From the IMG/VR virus record IMGVR_UViG_3300033076_000316, positions 1-63,264 of that record: DNA of 63,264 nucleotides. The stretch is one strand, 5' to 3'. The notes below the pieces were generated by a model that ran no database searches, was not told the origin of the DNA, and saw only the letters and a list, made by a program, of their open reading frames with translations. The stretch is from a virus. Its lineage: Duplodnaviria; Caudoviricetes. A program made the position numbers and the translations under genes. Below are positions 27,518 through 37,247 of the stretch, piece by piece. Within the stretch, counting starts at the first letter, position 1, and the number at the start of each line of letters is the position of its first letter.

Positions 27518-28468
27518 TTACTTTAGTGAAGCTTCGTACTTTGCTAACTCTAGTTTCCCTGACATTGAGTTATCAAATTCTGTGCCATCAGAAGCATAAA
27601 CGTAGTACACGGAGTCCTCGTTGTCAACTTCAGTTGTTCCATTGGCGATTTGCTGCATGTGATTGCTTAGCCAGTTCAAATAAACCTTGTGGCCATTCTC
27701 TGGCTTCTTAGCGATAGACGCAACTGCTGATGAGTCCTGGAACATGGTTCGCATAACTTCCAGTTCCACTGTCGCATTGGTCTTATAGCGATTACGGAAA
27801 GTATTCAGAATCACCTTTAGATTCACGCCGTTGATGGGACCAGTGTTGGCTTTTACGTGCTGGTACATCATCATGCCAAACTCAGTGGCAACATCCTGAG
27901 TAGTCCACTCAGCCTCTGGTCGCATAAGACGATTAACTGGCCTAGCCTTAGCAGGCTTCTTAGGCTTTGCCTTCTCAACCATCTCTGACTCAAACAAACC
28001 AACACCAGGGATGTCATCATCATCCGACCAACGATTAACCACAATCTCCTCCTTCGGGGCGTCAGCCCCTAAGTAAGACGAAGTCTTACTTACTAATGAC
28101 TTAACAATAATAGTCTTATAGCTATTACTACTACCTTGACCAGCTGTGGATGTTTCTGGCTGGAAACATAGAGAAACAGCTTCTTCTTCCTTTGTTTCTG
28201 GCTGGAAACACGGGGAAATCAACCGATAACGGTTCTTGTAAAACTTGTTAAAGTTGCGACGAGTACGCTCAGTTTCTACAAGACCAGCCTCTTCAAGGGC
28301 AGTCATGTCACGCCAAACCGTAGTACGGCTGGTATTGGTTAGCTGCTCTAGCTCTTCAGAAGTAAGGTTGACGTCACCCCAACGGTCAACATGACGGTAC
28401 ATCACCGCCAGTAAATAAAACTCCCTAGGCGTCAGACCTTTGTCCAACGCCTCTTCTGGTACTTGCAT
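27518..28468 (-). CDS. replication initiator protein (N-terminal wHTH)
   Basis: HTH TSEELEQLTNTSRTTVWRDMTALEEAGLV; upstream of the DnaC-like loader; contains internal DNA repeats. Confidence 0.75.
   Translation of the reverse strand: MQVPEEALDKGLTPREFYLLAVMYRHVDRWGDVNLTSEELEQLTNTSRTTVWRDMTALEEAGLVETERTRRNFNKFYKNRYRLISPCFQPETKEEEAVSLCFQPETSTAGQGSSNSYKTIIVKSLVSKTSSYLGADAPKEEIVVNRWSDDDDIPGVGLFESEMVEKAKPKKPAKARPVNRLMRPEAEWTTQDVATEFGMMMYQHVKANTGPINGVNLKVILNTFRNRYKTNATVELEVMRTMFQDSSAVASIAKKPENGHKVYLNWLSNHMQQIANGTTEVDNEDSVYYVYASDGTEFDNSMSGKLELAKYEASLK
28056..28210. promoter_or_regulatory. putative replication origin (iterons, AT-rich tract, hairpins)
   Basis: TGTTTCTGGCTGGAAACA at 28151-28168 and 28193-28210; AT-rich ~28086-28135; inverted repeats at 28071-28091 and 28056-28069. 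Confidence 0.65.
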
Positions 28469-28475
28469 TTGCCCT

Positions 28476-28742
28476 CTATCGTCGCGAAACTACCTGAGTA
28501 ACACTAGCAGGTCGAGTGACGATTTGTGTAGCCACAACCGAAATAAATCCCGCGGCGGGTCCAGCGATGACTAGTGTGAATCCTGTAATTCCCAGTAACC
28601 ATGCGGCGTAGAAGGTTAGAGGCAACGTTAAAATTGCTCTAAGAATTTTTGGGCTAAAGAAGCTTTCTGTAGCCATGTTGATAAATTCGATAGAAAAGCT
28701 AACGGCAATTCCAGAAATAATGATTCCAATTAAAGTGTCCAT
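28476..28742 (-). CDS. small multi-TM membrane protein (holin candidate)
   Basis: 88 aa with about 3 hydrophobic segments at the end of the tail module. Confidence 0.5.
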   Translation of the reverse strand: MDTLIGIIISGIAVSFSIEFINMATESFFSPKILRAILTLPLTFYAAWLLGITGFTLVIAGPAAGFISVVATQIVTRPASVTQVVSRR

Positions 28743-28754
28743 AAGGACATCTTA

Positions 28755-30956
28755 TTACGAAATTCCAGACGCTTCAGTACCAGAGTAAGAAGACAGAATC
28801 CACGGAGTATCATAAGGGATAAACTTAGGAATTTCTACGGACAATCTAGACACGTTGTCAATTTTGTTCGGGTACAGATATGATGGGGATTCACTCACAG
28901 CTCCATCCCAAAGAGCATCGCGTTCCGTGCCGTAGTCGCCATCGAAATAATCAGATGCCTTATATCCAAGCTCTAATTGCGCTGCATCTAATTGAACGTC
29001 GTTCAAAAAGACTCCACCAAAACTGACCGTAAAGAATGAGTTAGGTCGCACATAACCCGAAGGTAGGTACAAGCTTAGTTGCTTCCTGTTCCAAGACTCT
29101 GTTATTGAAAAAGACAAAACTTCGGTTTTTGAAACTTCTACAGACCCTGTACTAGCATCGATTGTTTCATCTGGAGCTGAGACTGAGTATCGTATCAGCG
29201 TGTCCTCCACCGAAATAACAGTGTGCTGACCATTGAATGCTGTCCCAACTCCACTGACCGTAATGGCATCACCAACAATTACTGGATGTTCGCTAGACAA
29301 GCTCAATGTAGCCACATTAGCTGAGATTGATGCTGTAGACACAGGGACTTCAGTGGTTACTGAGAGTGAGGCCTCCAAGCTTTCTGTTCCAGAGATTGTC
29401 CTTGCAAATACAGACAAAGAATAAAATCCAGAAGACTTAATGAAACTTGGCAGAGTATTTGTCGTTGCAGTAGTGCTTCCAGACGCCAGCTGCAGAGCCT
29501 TACTGCCAACCAAAACGTACGGAGATACATCAGTACTTACGTACGTCGCTGTTCCAGGAGAAACAACCCAAGATGAATTGGATACCTCAAATGAAGGATT
29601 AGACAAAAAATTTGTTTTAGTAGGATTCAAAAATACGTCTACTGAACGAGCTTCGTGAAATACGTCAACGTCAGAAAGAGACACTTGAACCATGTCTACA
29701 TAATACGTTCCAGAAGAAGCAAACTCTATATCTATTGAGGCATACACCGCTTCACTTGGCGCAGTAGCAGTGAGCGTAGCCTTATCCCAAGTAGTTGTTA
29801 CAGAATAAGCAGTACCGCTATCAGAGGATATAAATGCTCCCTCAAAGTCATACCACGTAATAGTAAGAACAGCATCTGCAGACCCTGAAGATGTTTGTAG
29901 ATAAGCAGAGTACGTATAATCAAATCCAGCGGTTACTGGCACTCCCCTGGTAACAGGCTTAGTATCGCCATTAGATATCTTAGCTCCAGCAGTGCTTACC
30001 TCTACCTTTGCAGAATAGACGCTGTCAATCGATAGCGACTCTGAAGTGACAGGGTGAACATCTTCTACCTGAATCGTGCAATCACCGATAGGTAACCAAC
30101 TACCAACTCCACCAGAAAATGTGCTGTCTTCATTAGACAGCATTAGATTAGGAGATTCAGTGACTACAGCGTCATATCCGCTGGCACTCTCCACCAAAGT
30201 TTGCAGCCCAGACAAGGTTCCTTTTCGGGAGTACATGTACAGGGCTTCACGAATCATTGCTTTTTGATGCTTTACAGACAGCGTAGGTTCACGAGTAAGG
30301 CCAAGGTCATCCGCTTGAACTCCGATAATTAGTGGGCTTGTCTTATCCCCGCTATAGTTAGGTATCAAAGAGTCCGTCATAGTCAGAAATTCATCAAATG
30401 TGAATGAGATTCCCTGAAAAAAACGGTATAGGTCAGAGTCAGGATTTACTTCATCAATTGGAGTTTGACTGGCAGAGGTGAATGTTCTTGGAATAAGATT
30501 CATCACCTTATCCTGAGTAGTCATAAGGGTTAGCTTATTAGGTCCGTAAGTAGGGTGGGCGTTTGGTAATAGAGTGTACGTGCTTCCAGCAGGGTACCAG
30601 ACGTTATCCGAAGACTTCAAAATCCAAGCGCGGTAGTAAACAAACTTTCCTGAAATCAACGCAGGGTCAGTAGGGTTGTCTACTCCATCGTTGAAAGTAC
30701 TGATAGCCACAGCTCCAGTACTGCCATCAATATTAAACTCCTCATAAATTACTGCGCCATCTTCAGCCGTCTCTGAGTAGCCTTCCTGATTTCGTAAAAT
30801 ACGGAAAGCAGTATATCCTCCAACTGGTGAGCTCCAGTCTAGAATAATCGACGAATAGCTAACCGCAGTAGCAATAAACGGCTCAATAGAGAACGCTAAA
30901 CGTGATTTTTGGCCATAGTAAGGCTGACCATAAGATACGGAACCGTATTTACTCAT
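28755..30956 (-). CDS. baseplate wedge/tail protein with carbohydrate-binding-like modules
   Basis: YSRKGTLSGL (tail-I-like); CBM-like starts NLMLSNEDSTF...W and NFLSNPSFE. Confidence 0.7.
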   Translation of the reverse strand: MSKYGSVSYGQPYYGQKSRLAFSIEPFIATAVSYSSIILDWSSPVGGYTAFRILRNQEGYSETAEDGAVIYEEFNIDGSTGAVAISTFNDGVDNPTDPALISGKFVYYRAWILKSSDNVWYPAGSTYTLLPNAHPTYGPNKLTLMTTQDKVMNLIPRTFTSASQTPIDEVNPDSDLYRFFQGISFTFDEFLTMTDSLIPNYSGDKTSPLIIGVQADDLGLTREPTLSVKHQKAMIREALYMYSRKGTLSGLQTLVESASGYDAVVTESPNLMLSNEDSTFSGGVGSWLPIGDCTIQVEDVHPVTSESLSIDSVYSAKVEVSTAGAKISNGDTKPVTRGVPVTAGFDYTYSAYLQTSSGSADAVLTITWYDFEGAFISSDSGTAYSVTTTWDKATLTATAPSEAVYASIDIEFASSGTYYVDMVQVSLSDVDVFHEARSVDVFLNPTKTNFLSNPSFEVSNSSWVVSPGTATYVSTDVSPYVLVGSKALQLASGSTTATTNTLPSFIKSSGFYSLSVFARTISGTESLEASLSVTTEVPVSTASISANVATLSLSSEHPVIVGDAITVSGVGTAFNGQHTVISVEDTLIRYSVSAPDETIDASTGSVEVSKTEVLSFSITESWNRKQLSLYLPSGYVRPNSFFTVSFGGVFLNDVQLDAAQLELGYKASDYFDGDYGTERDALWDGAVSESPSYLYPNKIDNVSRLSVEIPKFIPYDTPWILSSYSGTEASGIS

Positions 30957-30961
30957 GGTAG

Positions 30962-31399
30962 TTAGATAGTCCCGCCATCAATTACCGTAACATTGAGAGC
31001 CCCAGTGGTGCTAACAGCAGCAATCACATTGTTAGAAGAATCTTTAAATTCAAGCAAGTTAGCTGTTTGGCCAGACTTTGCCCTAATGGCTAGGCTTGTA
31101 GTAGAATTGGTCAATGACTGAATTGTAGAACCGCCATCAGTGTTTACTCGGTCTGTAAACGCCGTAAAAACGCCAGCTTCAATATTGATTAGACGGTCAT
31201 GCAGGTTATTCCACGCGGAAGTAGTACTGTTAAACGTGTTACTTCCCCAAGTAGGGCTTTCTGACACGCCTCCAGCACCAAGGTTCTGCTCAATAGCTGT
31301 TACCTCGTCATAAATGGTATTAACGTCCGCAGCTACTACGAGGTCTTGAAGGTCCCTGCGAGCTGTCCACGATTTAACTCTGGCTGGATATTCTGTCAT
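30962..31399 (-). CDS. virion/tail-associated protein
   Basis: Context; VVAADVNTIYDEVTAIE helix; IDGGT end. Confidence 0.55.
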   Translation of the reverse strand: MTEYPARVKSWTARRDLQDLVVAADVNTIYDEVTAIEQNLGAGGVSESPTWGSNTFNSTTSAWNNLHDRLINIEAGVFTAFTDRVNTDGGSTIQSLTNSTTSLAIRAKSGQTANLLEFKDSSNNVIAAVSTTGALNVTVIDGGTI

Positions 31400-31421
31400 G
31401 TCTGTCTCCTAAATCTAAGTT

Positions 31422-31432
31422 CTATTTTGACG
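31422..31432 (-). promoter_or_regulatory. conserved intergenic motif CGTCAAAATAG (candidate late promoter element)
   Basis: Identical 11-mer at 45608-45618; both lie ~23 nt upstream of an ATG. Confidence 0.45.
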
Positions 31433-31458
31433 GGTAAAAGGCCTATAAACCGCTTGAA

Positions 31459-31914
31459 CTACATTAGCCCGATGTTATCTGGCTTATTCTCTTCAGCAGT
31501 TAGCCTAGTTTCTAGATTTGTGAGTTTATTAGCCATGGCAACCAAAGAAGCTAAGATATCTACCTCTGTGCTCCCATCAGGCTTTTTGACTGTAACTAAG
31601 TACGGCGCAGCAGAGGTTAACGATACCGATGATGACAAAGGCTTTATTAGGCCGTGCTTATCTGAAGTCTGAATTTTTCCAAAGGTGCCAACCCAGATAG
31701 GAAAAGCTAGGTCCCCACCCTCAAACATAACCCAAACACCTTGACCTACTGACGGTACTTCAGTCTTAGTACTGGCATCTTCACGGGGCCACGCCCACTC
31801 AGTTACCTGGTCGCCAAGTAACTGAGGTACCTTTAGTCTAAGTCTTCTAGCATTATTAGGGTCTTTGGTATCATACACTGTGCCTCGGTAGATACCCGTA
31901 GCAGAGTGAGTCAT
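31459..31914 (-). CDS. baseplate spike (gpV/gp5 OB-fold)
   Basis: YRGTV...DP...RLRLKVPQ...WA.P...P.VGQGVWVMFEGGD..FPIW.G. Confidence 0.88.
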   Translation of the reverse strand: MTHSATGIYRGTVYDTKDPNNARRLRLKVPQLLGDQVTEWAWPREDASTKTEVPSVGQGVWVMFEGGDLAFPIWVGTFGKIQTSDKHGLIKPLSSSVSLTSAAPYLVTVKKPDGSTEVDILASLVAMANKLTNLETRLTAEENKPDNIGLM

Positions 31915-33776
31915 TACGATACTCGCGTTACAGTAACTCGATATGACTGAGATGTAATTCCATCTTCAGCAGTAACTACAATTGGGACCACGGTAGTACC
32001 AATAGCGACTCCAACGGAATGTGACGAGCCTGAGTCGGTTGGTGTTCCATACACTAATACACTTCCGACAGTTTTTGTAGGAGTAAAGCTCACCGCCGTA
32101 GTCCCATTAGGAACAGGCAAGTTGTAGTTAGGTACTGAAGGCGAGAATACTGGTGAAAGAGTTCCCAAATCAGTAGTCAAACCAGTAAGGCTAGAGTCAG
32201 TAGAGTAAGGAGTTACGAAAGAGTTGGCTTCTGTAAATAGGAAGATTTCCCCAGCTCCTCCTAGAAGAGTATTACGGCCAGTAACTCCAGTACGAGACAA
32301 TGCGGTGACCTTCAAGTTATAGACTCCATTAACCTGTCGAAGCTGATACTCAACCTCTTCTGGAGTAATAACGTCCTCAAAGTTCACATAGTTATAAGAG
32401 AACCTATTGATTAATTCAGCCATCACATTGGCAGTTACCTGAGAATCAGAGTACTGAGGCAACTTAGAGTACTTAATAGACACAGTCACTGGAACATACA
32501 CAGGAGGAGAAACTGTAACAGAAACTCCGATTTGACGCTTGTCCGATAGGAAGCTAGACGTAGCTGTCTGAAGAGCAGTCCAACTGGCAGTAAGCACGCC
32601 TCCAGCATCTGGGTCATCCGTATAGCCTGGGTACTGGTCAGTGCTAGTATCACTCTGCTGCGGAGAAATGTACACAGTCACAGAGTTCTTAGACTCGGCA
32701 ATTGCGTTTGCCTTTCCTACATCAGCAACTCCCAGCGCGAGGTTGGCGTAGTCCTCTAGAGTAACTGCTCGGTTAAGTGCACTTAGCGCTTTAGGAGCAT
32801 TACGTCTAATAGCCCCATTACTCTCTGGGTCTGCCCCGCCAGTGCCCGAAGTCGGGTTAGTAACCTGAATTGACGATAAGTCATATCCTACTGAGGTTTT
32901 ACGAATAGTCTTTATCAAACCTGCAGCTACGTTACCAATCTGACCGCCGCCTACATAATAGTTAGCTTTGATGGTAGCGCCAAAGTTAGGGATAGCTCCA
33001 GAAACACCGTCTCCAAAAGTGATGTAAACAAAATTATTCGAGTCTATATCTACGGTATAAACTGCATCAGTAGGTTTTGCATCGACAAGGTGAGTAACTC
33101 GGTCCCACTTCTCGTAAGTTGCCCCTCCGTCAATTTCTACATAGACTTCAATAGAGCTGTCTACTACCTGACTTTCAGATACGTAAAATACCTGAGTAGG
33201 AAGACCGTCAGAAACGCCAAGTATCTCTCCGTACAATGGGTCATTATCTAGACGTGAAGAAATTAGCTCTCCGTTTACCACAGAAACAGCTGATGATGCA
33301 CCTGGCACATCGTCAACTTGAGCTGGAACTACCACATCTTGCTGAGTAGTAAAGACTACCTCTGTAACAACGTCATTGTAGATAACCTCCGCACTTAGCT
33401 GAGTTCCCTTAGGGACGGTTACCTCAGACAAAGAAGAGTTGTAGAAAATAACATCAACAGAAGAGTTACGGTATCCAGATACAGTGTATCCATATGATTT
33501 GGCAATGTTGATAAGGCTTTGCCGCTGAGAAGCGGTTCCTAGGTAAGATTCGTTAGCTACACGGTCAATGTAATAGTTAATTGAGTCTCCCATGTAAGAG
33601 ATTGCCTCAACTAGAGCCACTCCAAAATCAGATGGGTCATTACCCGTCCAACTTACTCCAGTTCCTGGAATATTAACGTTACTTTTAATTCGAGTGATTA
33701 GGGCATCTCGAATTGAGTAAAAGTCTCTCGACGTGTAGTCTACTGATACTGGAAAATCATTAGCTTGGTTAATCAT
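31914..33776 (-). CDS. baseplate wedge J-like protein
   Basis: DYTSRDF, FGDG..G.IP, GGADPES...IR..AP, RAVTLEDY. Confidence 0.9.
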   Translation of the reverse strand: MINQANDFPVSVDYTSRDFYSIRDALITRIKSNVNIPGTGVSWTGNDPSDFGVALVEAISYMGDSINYYIDRVANESYLGTASQRQSLINIAKSYGYTVSGYRNSSVDVIFYNSSLSEVTVPKGTQLSAEVIYNDVVTEVVFTTQQDVVVPAQVDDVPGASSAVSVVNGELISSRLDNDPLYGEILGVSDGLPTQVFYVSESQVVDSSIEVYVEIDGGATYEKWDRVTHLVDAKPTDAVYTVDIDSNNFVYITFGDGVSGAIPNFGATIKANYYVGGGQIGNVAAGLIKTIRKTSVGYDLSSIQVTNPTSGTGGADPESNGAIRRNAPKALSALNRAVTLEDYANLALGVADVGKANAIAESKNSVTVYISPQQSDTSTDQYPGYTDDPDAGGVLTASWTALQTATSSFLSDKRQIGVSVTVSPPVYVPVTVSIKYSKLPQYSDSQVTANVMAELINRFSYNYVNFEDVITPEEVEYQLRQVNGVYNLKVTALSRTGVTGRNTLLGGAGEIFLFTEANSFVTPYSTDSSLTGLTTDLGTLSPVFSPSVPNYNLPVPNGTTAVSFTPTKTVGSVLVYGTPTDSGSSHSVGVAIGTTVVPIVVTAEDGITSQSYRVTVTRVS

Positions 33777-34186
33777 AGTGTCTCCTGACTTATAGGGTTA
33801 TTTCCCGAAATTGATGCTACGCCAACATTTGTGGCCACGATTTGGTCATTAGGTAATGCGTACACAATGTCAGCAGAAATCAAGTTTTGATTCTCATCAA
33901 ATGAAACGTCTACAGAGGTCAACGTGAGCAAAGGAAGTTCCCTGAAGAAGATATCAGTGACCTCATCAGTAATTCGAGAAACTGTTTCAGACTCATTGTC
34001 AAACATGTTATGAGGAATGTTCGACCCATAGTTTGGGCGCATTACTCGTTCTCCAAGCATGGTTCCAATAGCACTTCTAACTCTATCTGCCCAAATCTTA
34101 CTTTGTTCAGTAGTAGTAGCAACATTTCCATACGAGGAAATCGTAAACGGTAGAGCTACCGCTATCTCTGACACCTTGATAGTCAT
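33773..34186 (-). CDS. gp25/W-like baseplate protein
   Basis: T.LGERVMRPNYGS. Confidence 0.9.
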   Translation of the reverse strand: MTIKVSEIAVALPFTISSYGNVATTTEQSKIWADRVRSAIGTMLGERVMRPNYGSNIPHNMFDNESETVSRITDEVTDIFFRELPLLTLTSVDVSFDENQNLISADIVYALPNDQIVATNVGVASISGNNPISQETL

Positions 34187-35496
34187 TACTTACCCTTACG
34201 ATGAGTGGGAGGCTGAGCCTTCCATTTAGTTGGCGTTCTGTTATAGCCCTGACCAGACTCTACCAAAACATGCTTGGAACTAACTAGCGAAGTATTGTTC
34301 GTGGCCCTAATGGCTGGATTAATACCGCCATTCTGAAGTGCTGCGTTAAGGTCAACAACGCCAACAAGATTTCGTTTCGCAACTCTAGTAGATGTCGGAA
34401 CGTTAGCTCCGTTGCCATCTGCCGCGACTTCCATTTCAATTTGATACTCGCCGTTTATAGTCAGATGGTGCTTTACAAACGTAGGAATCCAATACCCATC
34501 TAGATTACCTGAAATTCCTTCAATGTACACGGGAGAGTAAGGACGAATTCTAGCATCTCCTTGACACCTAACAATAGCTGGAGTTGTAAACCTAGCTGCG
34601 TGTGCTGCTCCAGTAGCCATTGCGTCTGCTGCCGTAGCATCATGGACTACTTGAGAAGTTCTGTGCTCTTCAAAAAATACATCATTAGCTTTTGCTCGAG
34701 TGTTAGAGCCTACTTTGGCTGGGCTCTTAGATGACTTAAGAATTTTGCTAGTTACTGGGTCCACACCACTTACCGTCTTTGTGTTTCTACGTTCCGAACC
34801 CTCAATGTACTCACCATTTTTTACATGAAAGTAATCCAAAGTTCTATCCTCTAGAAGAGTGTCAGTTGGAACGTCATTTCCAAAGTACGAAAGAACAGGA
34901 GAGTCGCTGGATGCGTGGTCAATGAGCTTATCGATAGGTCTAAAGATTAGGGTAGTGCCATCCATAAGCATGGCATATCCAATTCTGTCTGCTTGCTGCT
35001 GCAGCCATTCCCAGTACGACTGACCTCCAGAAATAACCAGCTGAGGAAAAATACGAGAATTGCGTTCACCAATGAACTTAAACCCAAGTTCTTTAGCCAA
35101 AGCTTCGGCTACCTGAGGAATGGTTTTATTCTTAAATACACGCGCCTTCTTTGTCTTAAAAGGAAAGGACGCTTGAACGCAATGAATTTGCATTCGTTTC
35201 TTTGGAGACCCGTGCATTTCAGAAGAAATAAATGACACGTAGCCAATCCATGTGCTAGAGTGCCCATTTTTAGCCCATGTGAACGAGACTGGAACACCAG
35301 TTTTAAGGTTATCCATCGCTTGCGCATTCAGGACTGGGTACTCAATTATCGCAACTTCATGAGCTTTTTGCTTTTGAATAATAGTGATGCCAGTAGGAGA
35401 CGGCAGGGACTCCGACAAAGAAGGAAGCGTAGAAAATGTAACAGTGTACTTTGCGACTCGTCTTTGACTAGTAGACGTTCCGTTACTAAATGCCAT
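34186..35496 (-). CDS. baseplate hub (gpD/gp27-like)
   Basis: SYWEWLQQQADRIGY, GDARIRP, GYW...V.H; context. Confidence 0.8.
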   Translation of the reverse strand: MAFSNGTSTSQRRVAKYTVTFSTLPSLSESLPSPTGITIIQKQKAHEVAIIEYPVLNAQAMDNLKTGVPVSFTWAKNGHSSTWIGYVSFISSEMHGSPKKRMQIHCVQASFPFKTKKARVFKNKTIPQVAEALAKELGFKFIGERNSRIFPQLVISGGQSYWEWLQQQADRIGYAMLMDGTTLIFRPIDKLIDHASSDSPVLSYFGNDVPTDTLLEDRTLDYFHVKNGEYIEGSERRNTKTVSGVDPVTSKILKSSKSPAKVGSNTRAKANDVFFEEHRTSQVVHDATAADAMATGAAHAARFTTPAIVRCQGDARIRPYSPVYIEGISGNLDGYWIPTFVKHHLTINGEYQIEMEVAADGNGANVPTSTRVAKRNLVGVVDLNAALQNGGINPAIRATNNTSLVSSKHVLVESGQGYNRTPTKWKAQPPTHRKGK

Positions 35497-35764
35497 TCGG
35501 AATCCTTATCACTGTTCCAACAGGGATGTCAAAAGTGTCAATAATTTCAGGATTGTAGTCCATAATGGTCCACCACATTGCTGGGTTTCCAAAAAACTGG
35601 TTAGCGAGGATGTCCATACGGTCACCCTCTACCCAGGTGTAGTAGTAGAAAGAAGCACTTTCTTCAGGAAAGTTTCTAAATACTGTAATTTGATAATTAT
35701 TTTTACGGGAATCAAATGCTTTAAAAATAGTTCCAGTAGCATAACGGCTGTCAGAAAAAATCAT
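35486..35764 (-). CDS. LysM/gpX-like baseplate protein
   Basis: EGDRMDILANQFFGNPAMWWTIMDYNP...GTVIRIP. Confidence 0.88.
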   Translation of the reverse strand: MIFSDSRYATGTIFKAFDSRKNNYQITVFRNFPEESASFYYYTWVEGDRMDILANQFFGNPAMWWTIMDYNPEIIDTFDIPVGTVIRIPNGI

Positions 35765-35780
35765 AGTTCGTCATTCTTTC

Positions 35781-37247
35781 TCAAACGGTACCAGTCGTAG
35801 TGGAAGAAGCCTTAGAGTCTGGATAGTCTGGGTAACGGTTAAAGTCAATATGGAGTGAGCTCATGATTGGGACCATTCGTTCATTAAACATAATGTGACG
35901 AACAGAGAGCCCACTTACATAGCCGCGATAGCGTAGCTTAGGGCCCAGATGAAGCTCTACAGGACGTCTAGCAAATACACCCATGTCAGCAGTCATCTCA
36001 TGACGCATTGAGCTTTTCATGGTGTACCCAAGCAAGGTGCGAAGCAAATACTCTACGTCGTACATTGTGCCCTTGTTATAGATTGCCTGTTGTTCGTTAA
36101 ACACTTCAGCAGATTCTTTATCATTTTTTCCCCATGGAGTACGAGGAGAATACAAGTTAGCCGCGATTGCAGACTGCTTGAGACTTCCGTCAGAATTGTA
36201 GTACTTCATATCGTACATACGGTTCAAAGGAATATCAAAGCTAATTCCTCCAGAACCTCCGATAGCAGGAATGTAGTTAATCCTATCTTTTCCTGCCATT
36301 GTCAATGAGATATCTGTTTGAGCAACTCCGATGTAGCTCATGTCAATACTCGCAGGATTGTACAGGAACTGAAATCCGTATTTCTTAAGGTTAGTCACTT
36401 CAGGAAAAGCACTACTAGAGTACATGCTAGGAGACCATGCATTTGTAGGGAAATAAGTTTGAATCATTCCCTTGTTATTCTGGCCCTTGGCCCACAAATC
36501 CGCTGCTTGCTTAACCAAAGTAGGGGAATTGAGGCCAATGGTGTCATCCATCCCGCCCCAGTCAGTTCTACCTTCCACATCGTTATAGCGCTTTCGTACT
36601 CCAAAATACGCCTCAGGAACACTACCTACGTTATAGGTGACTTCCAAAGCGTTAATATTAGGAGACGTAACGTGTCTTTTATCGTCGCTGGCACCGCCGC
36701 CGCCACCGCCGCCACCGCCTCCTTGAGCATTCCAAGAACCCGTTTCCAAAGCCTTTGCTGCCTTAAGGTGGGTGTTCAAGCCCTTTAGTTCTTCACTGAC
36801 ATTTTTTCTTACAAGCTTTAGATTACTTAGATAAAGAGTCGCTAGCACGGGACCTCCATGACCAGGGGAGGTATAGCCTTGAGTGTCATACGCTACAGGG
36901 TCTAACCCATAGGCTTTTTCAACGAACACTATGCGAGACACGCTCCAGCGAGTAACTAATCCCCATATCTTTAGAGTGTTTATGTTAACTCTAACGTGCG
37001 CCTGACCAAACGCGTTACCAGGATTTGGATAAATGTTTTTACATTCTTTAATAAGCACGTCAATGTTAGTGATGAGATTTGAAAGTTTGTTAGCTCTATC
37101 CTGAAGAGCCGCAACCTCTACCTTAGTTACTTTTTTAGGATTTCTAAATCCGACACCAGCTGCTGCCTCGGCACTAATCGCCCCTTTAGACAGGCCAGCT
37201 CCTTTAGGACGACCACTAGCACCTTTTACTTTTGTTTTATCAGTCAT
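35781..37247 (-). CDS. tail tube initiator/baseplate protein with N-terminal extension and poly-Gly linker
   Basis: FQFLYNP...GYVSGLSVRHIMFNERMVP; lies between tape measure and LysM genes. Confidence 0.65.
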   Translation of the reverse strand: MTDKTKVKGASGRPKGAGLSKGAISAEAAAGVGFRNPKKVTKVEVAALQDRANKLSNLITNIDVLIKECKNIYPNPGNAFGQAHVRVNINTLKIWGLVTRWSVSRIVFVEKAYGLDPVAYDTQGYTSPGHGGPVLATLYLSNLKLVRKNVSEELKGLNTHLKAAKALETGSWNAQGGGGGGGGGGASDDKRHVTSPNINALEVTYNVGSVPEAYFGVRKRYNDVEGRTDWGGMDDTIGLNSPTLVKQAADLWAKGQNNKGMIQTYFPTNAWSPSMYSSSAFPEVTNLKKYGFQFLYNPASIDMSYIGVAQTDISLTMAGKDRINYIPAIGGSGGISFDIPLNRMYDMKYYNSDGSLKQSAIAANLYSPRTPWGKNDKESAEVFNEQQAIYNKGTMYDVEYLLRTLLGYTMKSSMRHEMTADMGVFARRPVELHLGPKLRYRGYVSGLSVRHIMFNERMVPIMSSLHIDFNRYPDYPDSKASSTTTGTV

